From contig CM120643.1 of assembly GCA_051362555.1 (NCBI GenBank), positions 2,666,001-2,730,000 on the forward strand: DNA of 64,000 nucleotides, written 5' to 3'. Position 1 is the stretch's first letter. Every line of letters starts with the position of its first letter. The stretch is from Lingula anatina. Lineage: Eukaryota; Animalia; Brachiopoda. Shown here piece after piece: positions 12,496 through 25,928 of this stretch. The notes under the pieces are model-generated. The model worked only from the letters and a program-made list of their open reading frames with translations. It had not been told where the DNA came from and did no database searches. Position numbers and translations under genes: made by a program.

Positions 12496-15116
12496 TCAGT
12501 AAACGATATAATGGAACGGTCCTTCAGATATCTGGAAATCGTCGACAGATCCCGCTTGTCTCTTCCCTGTGTTATCATCTTGAACGCAGCCCTTGGTACA
12601 GCGTGACGTCATATCCGCAGTGTGGCAGACGACCACTTTGCAGTGGAGATAAATCTCAGGTAAAGTTTTCAAGAACTGGAAGGCCCGGATGCTCAACCGG
12701 ATCTCCCTTGGATCCTGACTCGGGAGGAACTTGACTGCCGATGTAACTGAACATCTGAAGGAAAGGAACGGCAAGTTATTTTACTACCGGTATATATGAC
12801 GCTCATTTGATTATAATATGAAGATGACTTCTGATTGGGAAAGGATCAGTTGACTAGTTCTTAAGACACAAAAAGTTGGCCTATTATCAAATCTAATAAT
12901 AATAAACACACACACACACACGCACACACACACACACACAAAAGTGAGCTTACTCGTACATCCCAAATTACGGTTATGAGCGAGTCATTTTTGTACGGAA
13001 CTTAAGATACTGTATGTAGGACCATGAAAACACGAAGAAAAACTATAAAACTCTGATAACCACGGATATTCGTTCATGCATTTTTGCATTGATCTGTATG
13101 AATGTACAGCTTAAATATTTTTTCATTACATTTTGTGTCCTATGCGTAACACAGGCATTTACCCGTTAATGATGAAGTTGAACTGGAGGAAGTCGAAGGG
13201 GCTGGAAGAGGGTGTAGCCTTGCACGTGTCCGCGAACAGTTTCACATCCTGGGACGTCGTGTTCACGCTCAGCACGAAATGCATCTGGTCACGAATCTTC
13301 ACGGACACGGGATAGTCCTTTTCGGAGTATGGAGTTGAAAAATTATCGGTTTGGAACTGTTGGATGTTGAACGTCAAGTTCCCTCGACCCTTTTCCTTGA
13401 ATCTCAATTTCTCTACAACTGGCTTGAAGCTTCCGGCGATCCAGTGGTCCCTTGCATACTTGCACTCAAATGGAATCTCGATCGTGCCGGCCCAAGTGAC
13501 GACACCACTCATTAGAGAGAGGTAGTTTGGCCTGGTAGACACGATGTTGGAATACACGACCGAGGAGTTGGTGAAATTCATGATCGTGCCACAGCCGTGC
13601 AGGGGCGCCCTGAACGTGATGAAGGTATGGTTGCCTGTGCCTTGGCAGGAAGGGTCCGTCAACTGGAGTTGGCTCTCGTTAAGACCATGGAATGCCGAAC
13701 GAAGCAGGTCTAACTGCAGGTGTTGGTTGGTGCAGGTTACGTTGACATCGGGAGCTGACGTAGCATAAATGTAGATGTTTAAATTTAATGACATAAAAAG
13801 GTACGCCCAGTCAGACAAACATTTTACCATTGTCTTTGTAATTAGTATCTATATCATATCCCCCCACATATCTCCTATTATTGCTCATTGATCAAAGTAC
13901 CGTATTTGGCGATGTTAAACAAATTTAAAAAAGAAATACTGCAGGCGTTCACTGACATTCACATGTTTTTCCATCTTGCCTCAACACCAGATCCTTCACT
14001 GGACACTGACAGTGGCTGTGGTCATTGTAATCTCTATGGACACAGAAATGGCTACAGCCACCGTTATCTACTGTACACTCGTCTCTAACTGAAAGTGAAA
14101 TCGGAGAAACTTTTAAAGCAATAGTTATCTGAACAAATAAAGATGAAAAAGATGATAAAATGAATTAAGAAATGACCCAAAGTCAATGCACTTAGCTGGT
14201 TGTAATGCACGAATGAATGCCAGCTCTCCAAAATGATCGGCTATGTTTCTATTTTTTTTTTTTTACTTAAAGGGATAATAAGTCTTCGTATGAGATTTAT
14301 ATTTCACAATAAAAACATTGTGAATAACTCACAGAAATAAAATATATTCTGTTTTACCACAAAAACGGCAGTTATAGCTATTATTGTGATATCTGAGCTG
14401 GTCTTCAGACCACGTGACCTCCATTGACGGCTGTACTCTGTTATAATCTCTTAAGAGATTTTGACAAAAAACCAAATTAAGAAAAAAACCAGGGACTAAC
14501 TGAATGTAAAAATGGATTCATTAACCATTGGTAAGTATGGGAAAATTGTTGTTTACTCCAGTAAAATTCATTTTTTGGCCAAAACGAAGAGTTATTATCC
14601 CTTTAATCTAAAAAAAAAAGACAAGACTTACTACAGGCGCGCTTGTTACTTCCCACCACAAAGCCCTTCGGACACGAGCAGACGACAGTGAATGTAGAGT
14701 TATCCATGGAGCAGTTGTCCGAACACCCTCCGTTGTTTTCAAGACACAGATTGTGAAACTCTGAAATGGCATAATTGGTAACATTCTGTCACTCTCTCTC
14801 TCTCTCTCTCTCATTGTGATTCACTGTACGTGTGGATAAAAACGCGCGATGATTTACATTGGATATTTATCTAAGTTTGTAAACACATTCCCATTACTAT
14901 ACCCTTTAAGGCTTAACCTACTGTGACATACACCCGGTCTTTTGGAACAGTCACGTACCGCACGTCCTTTGGTCCTTTCCCAGACGGAAACCCCTTGGAC
15001 ACGAACACACAGCTTTGAATGTAGAGTTATCCATGGAGCAGTTGTCGGAACATCCACCGTTTTTATCAAGACACAGGTTGCGATACTCTGAAATTACATG
15101 ATTGGCGAACTATCTC

Positions 15117-15159
<43 letters not shown>

Positions 15160-18100
15160 TTGTGCGTGTGTATTCGTGAGAAATTTTATTCATAGCCCCA
15201 TACGCGTTTAACTGGAAATGTGTCTATGTGTCAATGAATTTTGATTAACGACCTATGTTGTAAAGCAAATTAATTACACTTTCACTAATTGCAGATAACA
15301 ATTAAAACGGAATCAAACGAGTAAAAGGATAGGGAGTTATTGAGTGTAAGTTAAGTTTCATCAAGTGTCAACAAGTGTAGAACATGTTTTTAGTGTCAGA
15401 AAAAGATGGAAAAGGTCAAAGTCAGTAACAGTTAATGTGACTGGTTAATTTCATAGCATATTTTAATTTTGATCAACTGTTTATCACATGATAACTTTTT
15501 GGATAAGGTCCAAGCATGAGTAATCCAAATAATATTTTAGATATCTTTAATTGAAAACAAGTATCTTAGGGATTACCTAATAAGGAAATGTTGCATGGTG
15601 ACTTGCAACATGCGAATGGAAAATTCCTTGTAACCACGCAAAGACAATGGAAAAGAAAACAAGTAAATGCGTGAAATATTTGTGCAGTTGTATGAAGAAG
15701 GAGTCGTTGAATAAACGTTCGAAAGCTCCAGACCGCTGTCGTTATTTCTAACTATAACACCTAGAAAGTCGATACAACAAACAGGTTTTACAGTGCTTCC
15801 GATCTTTTGGAACAGCCACGTACCGCACGTCCTTCGATCCTTTCTAAGAGGAAAACCACTTGGACACGAACACACAGCTGTTAATGTAGTCTTATCCATG
15901 GAGCAGAAGTGGGAACATCCACCGTTTTTATCAAGACACATGTTGTGATATTCTAAAATGAAAACATAACACCTTTGAGCCTCAGGTTTACTGCCCTAGC
16001 TTAATAATTCTAAATATTCAATTTGTCATTCAGCTTGAACTGCACCTTAAGACAACTTATAATAGTAAATGTATAGACATTGTAACGCTGGTATCATGTA
16101 GGCTATATCAACGGATGCGTGTCGCACAAGATGAAAAATACATATTTTGTATGGTTTCATTTTGCATTTTTATATATCTCTACAAATATTCAATTATCAT
16201 TTAGCCTGCACCTCGACCACTTCACGTGCTAAGCAAATAGATTTTTAGCTATTTCTTCTTAAAGAATCAAATGTTCATTGGAGCTTGATGGTCCAGAATT
16301 GCGGCATTACGGCATTTATTGGAGAAATGCATGTGTGACTTCATATGACAAATAGAAATATACCTTTTAATAGACTGGACAATTTTCGTTTTATTCAGTA
16401 GAAAAAAAGAAATGCATGTATGATCGCCGAAAGACCCCCAACGTAGCAAATTTGACGCGATTGTTACGAAAAGTAAACTTTGTTTCACTTATGATTTTGA
16501 AATGATTGAATGTTTGTTAGCCTTTTAAATCGATAATCTTGTTACTAGTAATAATATTGGTTTATTCATAGAATTTTTGGGACTTAAGTCGCCTGTGAAT
16601 ATACGTTATTACGAAATAAATACTGACAACAAGAATTAAATGCCCATTTTTTTACACCTTTCGTTAAATTTAGTAAACCTATTAATGTCACGGCCTATTG
16701 GTTTTAAAGGACGACCACCCTGAAATAAACCGCCATACATTTATCTATCATAGCACAGTGTCAAACCGAGTAAAGATTGCCGAGGAAATAAAGGAAAGTT
16801 TGGCGTAGTCAAACGATATTTTATGGCGACAACAATCTCCAGAGCTTATTTACGCACATGCGCATTCTGCACATGCTCAATTCTACCTAGAGGGGTGGTC
16901 CCAATTGAGGCACATGTTGCTACTTATACCAGGGGACGTCACTGTCTGACCCATTTTGCGCTCATTCTGTTGTCGCGCACGATACGTTGAAGCTACAAGT
17001 TATCTCCGACTTTCAACTTAAACCTTCAGTTCAGAAAATTTCATCGGCTTTTCCTTCGATGAGACCTTTCCAGCAGTTCATCGATATTTCGAACCGTTAC
17101 ACCACGTTTACAGCATATTATATCAGCGAAAGATTATTTACTAGTTCAAGCAGGGAGTAGCTGTACATGTACACTGTTCGTAGTACATCTGCCGACTATT
17201 AGGCTACATGAAGGCGGTAAGTTATTTTCTCTACTGATTTATCAGATGCCGTTGACATAATCCATTTGTTCGTGACTTTCTGGTTTGCTCTAATAATGGT
17301 CACGGCGACTGCACTATAAGGCTCCTTGCGTATCACCTATTCAATTTTTTAGTTATCACTGAAGTTACCGTTTATACCTACAATTTATTAATTATCTTTG
17401 AGTTGCACATTTACGACTCCGTTTATAAGTCTTCTGATCACGATTGTCTTATCAACCCCCACCCTTCACACATCTCGAATTTTGGGTCCGTTGTCAAATA
17501 ATTGCTTATCATGGACCACAGCTTACGATAACTGTTGCATGGTGGGGGCCTCTTTGCAACCCCACAAACGAAATTTGTGCAAAATTGCTTGAAAATGATA
17601 ACTTTTGCTGACTCGTCTCATCATTATTTTTAGGATGATGAGTCTTAGTTAATATTTCATATTTAATTTTTAGGCCATAACATTTAATGCAGGCAACAAT
17701 TTGCCACATTGTTATTATTGTTAAAATTATTAGGATAGTGAGTTTATATAATAAAAGCGGCCTTGTTTGGCCAAATCACGAACACCCGATAGTCTTTGTT
17801 GCATTTTCTTTTGCTATGAACGGGAATATGCAAGTTTGTGATGCACTGGGATGGAGGAGACATAAAAGTTACTTTATACAAGGAGTTCTGGAACTCCTTG
17901 CTTTATAAGCCTCTTTTCAGAATCAGCGTCTAGTCTATAGAGGATAATGTATTCTATGTTTAGGATTAAAAAATACCGACTGGGCGTAACTACATGTACG
18001 TACTGTTTACTTACCATCTAACAGTACTATGTATTGACTTTTCACTAGATATACAAGGGATGCGTATTTTTCTACTATGTAAATTAGGTATGGAATTAGT

Positions 18101-21100
18101 AACTCAACCGTCCTCTAGTAGTGTTAATTAAATATTTTATCAGACACTCTTCACTATTCCAGCCAGATAATGAGATTAGATTCAATGAGTTCATGATAAA
18201 AACACAAGCATCACAGCCAGGCTACATGTACTTATGTGGTGAACAATGCACAGACTCTATATGTGTACCCATTATATCAGGAAATTATAACCACTACTCC
18301 TCTCTGTTGACGCGTGCGGCACGTTGTTTTTTCTCGCCCTGATATATTACAATGAAATGCACTTTTAACATAGAATAGAAGTAAAGCCTCGTCAAATATA
18401 TCAGGGTTATCATTCCATTCAAAAATCTTATAAACTTTAGATGATTGCCCACTATCAGAACCAAATCCTTATTTTGGTCATTCGCGTGCAAAACGATCAA
18501 TAAGTATATGCAATGCATTTTGAGACACTTACCACCACAATAAGCCATAAAGCATTTTGGTGCACTTGGTAAATAGTACACATAGAATCCCGCCGAGCAC
18601 ATCTTCACTTTGACTTGAAATTGCTTATCACAACAGCTAATTAGGTGGCTCATGCATGCCTTTCTACTGACCACACCAACTCCTATTGCTGGGTGTTTAC
18701 CATTCAACCACATGGGAGCATTAGTTCCGCATGTGGTAACAGCTGGGCACTGTAAATAAGGCAATTTAAAAAGTACAATAAAAAGTATATGAAAGATACT
18801 TAAAAATATGACTTATATTTGCTCATCGGTTATTCTTATTTACACATTTTATACTTTTATTCCATCAGTCATATTGATTTGCCTTTGATGTAATAATTTT
18901 ATTAGTTCTAGCACATTTTCACAAAGACTATGACCAAACAGTTACCAACAGTAACCAAATAGTAAATATTCTGCATGTTCAAGTTTATTAGACTGAAAAA
19001 TTGAGATACATGATATGGAATGTGTACATACTGGGTATGTCCTTTAACAGCATTACTAGTTTACCCTCGTCTTCTCCCCCCCCCCCCCCCCCCTCTCTCG
19101 CTGTCATTATAATGTATGTGTGTGTGTGTTTTGAGTACTTAAGTGTGGTGTGACCAAGTTGAACGTGTAGTGAAAACCGTAATGGTATATTGTCAAGAAT
19201 TTTGATATAGTCTAGAAAAGGCTAAGCCAGAATTGCCTTTCCTCAGTGTACTTATACTGACCTTGTCTAGCATTCTATTGCCAGCATTGCCTTTGAATCT
19301 GAACCACCCGGGGAAGTTAATGTCAGTCTCTCCTGCTTTATCACAATGTATTTTCCCATTTTTATCCGTGCCTTTTTTATTGTTCACGCTTCTCCAGTCC
19401 TGGTCCAGAACGCCGTGAGTCACACAGGGATCTTTGATAGATTTTTTTAAAAAATGTGTCAATACACGCACAGATGGTTACATAAATATATCTCTACGTC
19501 CACGATACTGGGTAACGGCATTGGGACTTGGGCAGCAAAATTTCAACATGGCGTCAATTCTTGCGCACGCTTTCCGCTTAGAATATACATCGTATTTTGC
19601 TTTTTATTCCCAAATTTGGAAAATGTAACTTTAAACACATAAAAAAGATTACACTTAACTTCGCAGAGTAGGGGAACACGCTGCAATCCTGAATCGGCGG
19701 TTAAACAGCGACGACATGAAATACTCTCTCCTGAGCACGCTTTCAGCTTATAATATACATCGTATTTTGCTTTATATTCATAAAACTTGGAAAATGTAAC
19801 AGTAAACACATAAAAAAGTTATCAGGGAAGAGTACACTAAACTCCACGGAGTTGGGAAAGCTCCCTGTGATCCCAGAATCAGCGTTTAAACAGCGACGGC
19901 ATGAAAGCGTTTTTCGTGTATTACACGCCAAAAAGTGTGAACCGGATAGATCTATAGTTAATTTAATTAGTCTCATTTAATATTCATGTGACCGGGTCAA
20001 ACGTCATCAATAAAAATCTCCACTATTTGGCCGAAGCTGAATGGGGAAACGAAACTACACTCTAGCTGTGATTTCGTTGTCATGTCTGTCTGAAGGAACC
20101 GAAACAGGATTGGGTCATAACATTTGTGATTACACGCTCTGATGACAGGATTTCCTTACACATTGTTGTTTTACGAAAAGCAGAGCGTATATCAGGTATT
20201 TAAAAACCCAAAATTGAACGACTTATATTGTTCACGTGTATGGTATATGATACCTTGTACTGAAGTTGAAATCAGAAACGAAAGTAATGCAAAACAAACC
20301 GCTCTCTTCTCGCATCATAATTTGCGACGCAGAGCAATTTTTGTTTTTCTCTAGTGTGCCTGCCGTGAATGTTCCCTGAGAGGGCAAAAAAACATGATAA
20401 TACTATTCTCAGAGTTTTCTTTTCCGTAATGCACAGCTGTAAAACAGTCTCACATGTCTGTATCTAAGATTTAAGCGCTGTTTTAGTATTATATTCAGCT
20501 AAAAATTAAAAAGTTTTAAATACACAGCGATGTTTGGAAACACACAATTGTTTGTTATATTAAAACAAACCCATCCCTTTTCATATGAAAGCAGTCCCAT
20601 TGTAATCCAACACATAGGAATTCTTTGACACACTTTCAAAGATGATAACCCATTGTTGTTACCCAGTATCGTGGACGTGAAGATATATATTCCTATTATC
20701 TATACTGTATGGTAAGTAATTAAAACGCGTAAGTATTGCGTTTTTGATGAAACTAAATGAGTGGAAAAAGTTGCCACTTTAAGGAATAGAAATCCGTAGG
20801 CAATCGCCCAAAGCCGTATTTTACATGCAACGCACAGGTTTTATATGATATGATATTTGGACTAGCTATTTGTATCATTTACCTGCGGCTCGTTGGTAAG
20901 GGTGGATATCTTCCTTCCCTTCCTGAAAAATGAACGTTTCAACTATGTACATTATATGTATAGATGAGCAAGCACACAAACAGGCGCACGCGTACACACC
21001 GAAATCATATGCTTTGCAAATTTAATTTAATATCATATCAAAATTATGATAATGCTAAAAAAAAACTAAATAGCAAAGCAGGCCATCCATTGCCTAAGAC

Positions 21101-21932
21101 TGCATTCCCATAGATTTAGATCGATCCATCTAGATCGACCTAACTCCCTGGGGGTTCACGCTAAATTGCTGTCAGCTGAGCGCCCACGAAAGTTAATTAC
21201 CTCCTTACAGCTTTTAGTAGGCGGGACGGATATTTAAGCCGGCTAAGCTGACAGTAATCTAGTGAGACTTCCCACAGGGATAGATCGATCTAAAATCTGT
21301 GGGAATGGGGTCTTAGAGGGTGGGGGATATGAAGCTAGAATATTAAAACACATGTATGCCAAGAGCACATGTTGTAGTAGGGTATACACATGGACTGAAC
21401 AGTTGAACTCTTTTTGCTTGTAATAATGCTTTTTTTTTCGGTTGGGGGGGGGGGGGGGGGGGGGCGGGCGAGAGTTGAGGGGTACGACCAAAAATATGTG
21501 TGTGCAGGCGCGCGTGTGTGTGCAAATCAACACAACTTGGTCAAGGCCTTGCTTATCGCAGTGTAAGACCCCATTTCCATAGATTTTAGATCGATCTATC
21601 CCTGTGGGGAATCTCACTAGATTACTGTCAGCTTAAGCGTCTGTCCCGCCTACTGAAAGCTGTAAGGGGGTAATTAACTATGGTGCGAGCTCGGCTGACT
21701 GCAATTTAGCGTGAACCCCCAGGGAGTAAGGTCGATCTAAATCTTAATCGCTGGATCGATCTTAATCTCTGGGAATACACCCTAACAGTCTACATGTACC
21801 ACTTTTCACAATACTTCGGTAGATACTGTATACCAGTAAATTCTAATTTACCAAAAAATATGAAAACATTACCTCTGATAGGGAACCCTGCAAAACTGCG
21901 CACAAAATACAACAAAAGTAAATCAGCCACAT
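12496..21932 (-). CDS. Secreted D8C + 4xEGF + ZP-domain protein (OIT3/uromodulin/GP2-like), copy B, 618 aa
   Basis: Mirror copy with identical exon sizes: 21873-21932, 20883-20922, 19262-19431, 18533-18749, 15824-15952, 14959-15087, 14632-14760, 13957-14088, 13163-13754, 12496-12754. Splice sites conserved and frame open. Confidence 0.9.
14271..14602. mobile_element. Kolobok-like MITE (family M2), specific to copy B
   Basis: TIRs agggataataa / ttattatccct, TTAA duplication (14267-70, 14603-06). Copy A has a single TTAA at the homologous site (~6731). AG...CT ends with TTAA fit Kolobok rather than piggyBac. Confidence 0.85.
15256..15759 (+). mobile_element. Solo LTR (Gypsy-like), specific to copy B
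   Basis: TGTTG...TAACA termini, 4-bp CCTA duplication (15252-55, 15760-63), AATAAA near 15710. Empty site ...tactaggtcg in copy A (~6093). Confidence 0.8.
16793..17861. mobile_element. Unclassified 1069-bp insertion without TIRs, specific to copy B
   Basis: Absent from copy A (~5035-5040). Flanked by an ATAAA direct repeat (16788-92, 17862-66). Ends GGAAAGTTTGGCG...GATGGAGGAGAC. Confidence 0.7.
21567..21782. mobile_element. Tourist/PIF-Harbinger-like MITE (family M1), specific to copy B
   Basis: TAA duplication (21564-66, 21783-85), imperfect TIRs; single TTA at the empty site in copy A (321-323). Confidence 0.85.
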
Positions 21933-22499
21933 CCTCTTGTATCTCCAGTACTGAAAGAAATGGAGGGTTGACTTTAAAGTAAACGGCTCCTCAAGTTCCA
22001 CGCCCACAACCCCCAAATATGAACATGGAAACTAGCATGGGCAAGTGAATGACAGTTTATCTAAGTCATACATTCCAATGCTATTGGAAAGGGGAGCCAG
22101 GTTGAGGAGGATAAAAATATAAGCGACCGCGACTGCTTTAGTTACATTTATTGCACATGACTATAAACACTTTTGAATCCGATTAAGTCATTCGTAAGAG
22201 AATGCGGATATTTCGCCATGTCTTTTGTCTCCTATTTAATCTTGATCAGGGGCAAGGTAAAAGATGCGTTTTCATGTTGGTGCATCATTTCACAGCATAG
22301 ACGCTTAATGAACAAGTCGGGTAAAGCTAGCAAAGTATAAATTTCTTAGATTGTTTTCATTTTAATTCAACATTGAACTAAATTTATAAAATATTAATGT
22401 CAGAAGAATACCCGATATTAAACAGAAATCATACTCGACACCGTGATGACGTCACAACCTGAAATTCATTCTTTCAACGGCTTTGTTACAGTATACCGG

Positions 22500-22880
22500 C
22501 TCCCAAACTGTTAATTATACATATACTACAGTAAATGCATCAAGAATGACCAAAGACAACACATTGGTAGCCGGTTGCTTGCTTTTAATGATTATCAAAA
22601 TCAAAATCTGCACATAATCGGAAGTATTGACGTGGAAATTGATATCCGACTTTTACATTCTACTTGCAAAATGTAAAGGTTGGGTGGTTTACAGTTTTAT
22701 TCAAAGTCAAATTAGATTTGTTAAAATTCACGTCTCATGTCTGATTGTCGATATCATCGTGCAAGTTGCAGACATTTGCTAACGCAGGCCTGTAAAGAGA
22801 TGATTTAATGACAAAATTTAATAAAGAAGATGGCAGGACACTTCAACTAAAACAAATATACATTAAACAAATACAAAAGA
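22500..22880 (-). pseudogene. Relic 3' UTR exon and adjacent intron of a third, older ZP-gene paralog
   Basis: aatttaataaagaagatggcaggacacttcaact (~22815) and ttgcttgcttttaatgat (~22575) align with ~11995-12320 of copy B, at visibly lower identity than A vs B. Confidence 0.7.
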
Positions 22881-22989
22881 TGCAGATGAGCAAAATGGTT
22901 TCAGGAAACATAGATCATGTGAAGATCATGTCTTTGCACTCAATAGTATTGTTAAGAACAACACACAGGTATTCGCAGCGTTTATTGAT

Positions 22990-24170
22990 ATAAAAAATGT
23001 TTCGATTACATCGATAGAGATATTATGTTGTAGAAGTTATTGATAAATGGGATAGATGGAAATTTTATCGAGTATTGAAAAACATTTACTATCAAACGAC
23101 TGCCCGTGTCAAAATCAATGACACGTATACTGACTAGTTCAACTGTCGTACTGGTGTAAGACAAGGCGACAAAATCTCGCCAACTCTATTCTATATTTTT
23201 GCAAATGATATAGTAAGTGAAATTAATGATCTAGGAGTTGGAATAACGTACGAAGACAATCAGGTGTCTATTCTTCTATATGCAGACGACATTGTACTGG
23301 TAGCACCATCAGCACGTAATTTACAGGTCATGTTAGATTGTCTTGTTAATTGGTGCAAACGCTGGAGGGTAACTCTCAATGCAAAGAAATCAAAATGTGT
23401 CTATTTTAGACACCATAATGTAAAGGTTTCTTATTATACCTTCACCATTGGTAATAACGCTTGGGAGACAGTGGACAGATATAAATACCTTGGTGTTACA
23501 TTCCATTACTCAGGCCAATTTTAACATAATGCTATGGAGTTAGCGAAAGGGGCCAGCAGAGGGCTAGGTGGTATGATTAATAGAATACATAGTTTGAAAG
23601 ATATTGGATTTAGTACTTTTGAACAACTGTTCAGATCACGTATCATGCATATCACTTAATACTGTGCCTCAGTATGGGGGCATAGGACATTCCCATCTAT
23701 AGAGAATGTACAATTACGAGCTATCAGGTATTATATGGGAGTACATAGATTTAGAACAATATTAGCACTTTATGGTGGTGTCGGTTGGATGCCTCTAGTT
23801 TACATTCAATGGATGTGCATAATTAGATATTGGAATAGATTAATAGACATGGATGACAATAGACTAACCAAGAGACTGGTTGAGCACGACTACATATTAT
23901 GTAAAATTAATTGGTGTAGCGATTTCAGAATAATCATGCAAAAGCTGCAGTTAGAAGATATATTCACAATGCGGTCAGCGGTAGACTTGGAGCTAGCACA
24001 TGGGAAAATTATTGAATTGTACTAAATGTTATGGAAAAACGACATCCTGAAAAAGCCAAAGCTGAGAACATATATACTCATCAAAAACACCTTCAACTGT
24101 GAATCATATGTTAGGTTGTCCATGAGTAAGACATTAAGATCAGTACTGTGCCAATTTAGATGCGGAAGGA
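22990..24170 (+). mobile_element. Non-LTR retrotransposon RT/C-terminal fragment, degenerate
   Basis: TGVRQGDKISPTLF, ILLYADDIVL, WCKRWRVTLNAKKSK, YKYLGV, KPKLRTY...LCQFRCG; several in-frame stops. Confidence 0.88.
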
Positions 24171-24545
24171 GGCGTGTCAGCCAATTAAGATGGTTCTGCT
24201 GATTGGACTTAGCGAGAATCCCTGTAGACTTGGACCGACCCAACCAGTACACTGTGTCTATAACAATGGGGTCTAAAATATATTACTTAGATCAGGGGCC
24301 ATGTGTTAACTATCATGGGACCAACAAATTGTTTTGTTTTAACGTTGAAACAACGTTGAACCATAACGTTGAGTAGACATTGAATAAACGTTGGATTTGA
24401 AAGTTGTGTCAACCTCAGATAACAACGTTGTATCAACGTCAGAAAACAATGTTATGTCAACCCCACCCAGCGGGAAATTAGCCTGGATGTGTTGAGCAGT
24501 AGGACATGTTTGATGGCTTAATATATGTAGGGTATAAATGTATGG

Positions 24546-24594
24546 TCTTTAAGTTAAAATTTCCAAGATTTAGATTAATATATATAGTTCTTTT

Positions 24595-24636
<42 letters not shown>

Positions 24637-24663
24637 AAAAGAACTATATATATTAATCTAAAT

Positions 24664-24723
<60 letters not shown>

Positions 24724-24893
24724 AATATAACTACAACCATATATATATATATAGGCCCTATATAAAACAAAGTCACAGTCACCTCAACCTGTCTATCTAT
24801 AACAGGTTACCAAGTACTCCATCACGTTTACAGCAACTTATTCATCTTTAAGTTAAAATTTCCAAGATTTAGATTAATATATATAGTTCTTTT

Positions 24894-24937
<44 letters not shown>

Positions 24938-24964
24938 AAAAGAACTATATATATTAATCTAAAT

Positions 24965-25006
<42 letters not shown>

Positions 25007-25128
25007 AATATAACTACAACCATATATATATATATAGGCCCTATATAAAACAAAGTCACAGTCACCTCAACCTGTCTATCTATAACAGGTTACCAAGTAC
25101 TCCATCACGTTTACAGCAACTTATTCAT
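24546..25128. repeat. Tandem duplication of a ~290-bp unit containing (TA)n tracts
   Basis: Units begin tctttaagttaaaatttccaagatttag at 24546 and 24845; they appear identical except for TA tract lengths. Confidence 0.85.
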
Positions 25129-25512
25129 CCTAGTGTTAGCTGACCTTGCAAGCAATTCAGTTTATTGGAATGTATTTCTGAATAACAAGATAAGAAAATT
25201 CACTAGTTAACTAAAGACACAAAACAACTGTCAATTTTACTTTAAAACCATTTTGTTATTATTTTGATAAATTTAGTTACAGCATTGATAAACAAAGTAT
25301 CACGTTTTCAATAATCAATATTTTAAATTACAATCCATAACTGCAAGGTTGTGTCATTGACCAAAATACAACGTTGAGTCAACGTCACATTATGACGGTG
25401 TTTCGACGTGGCTGGATCAACGTTGATCTGACGTTGAATTTAGGTAGATCAACGGCAATTCAACGTATCAACCTGTTTTCAACGTTGATCCAACGCAACT
25501 ATGCCTGCTGGG
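25040..25512. mobile_element. Dispersed repeat with AACGTTGA-rich end; related copy at ~37760-38392
   Basis: Shared cttattcatcc...gtgttagctgaccttg...gaaaattcactagttaactaaagacacaaaacaac...caacgttgatccaa...tatgcctg. Confidence 0.65.
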
Positions 25513-25928
25513 AAGCTTATAGAGGATTAAAAGATACATTGATGATATATATGTAATATTAACCTAATCTTATCTAATGTTAAACATCGCGCGACAAGAT
25601 CGTAGCGGAATATTGTGGACCAGTAGATTGCATGCCCCATGTAAAAGTAACTAAAACATTGTAGTCATTTCTCGGACGAATTGATTTTTTGTTTCATTGG
25701 TTGAAGGTCCAAACCGCAAAAGTCAAAACCAAAATAACTTAACGTAATTGAAAAAAAAAAATAGGTTGAATAACCGTTTACATAGAAGTCGATTACAGAT
25801 ACCGTTTAATACCTGTATCTTTAGTATTTATATATAGTCTGTTTTTTTTTACTTTACTGAGTAAGCCTACGTGTGAAAAGACACATTTATTGAGTTGCAA
25901 ACTTTTTTAATTTGGATAAAAAATTATA

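Larger units (their letters stand above)
116..21990. repeat. Large inverted segmental duplication (arms ~116-9023 and ~11968-21990, spacer ~2.9 kb)
   Basis: Collinear reverse-complement similarity across exons, introns and the 3' UTR. Example: ttttcacagtatg ending at 9023 vs catactgtgaaaa from 11968; gagccgttaagtttaaaggcaaccctcc at ~118 vs ggagggttgactttaaagtaaacggctc at ~21962-21989. Confidence 0.95.

Noticed and set aside
18290-18345. Extra exon in the copy-B-only segment
   Set aside because: An acceptor-like site is present, but the frames hit stops, there is no convincing donor and no domain similarity.
24570-24782. YIYIYI ORF
   Set aside because: (TA)n microsatellite translation.
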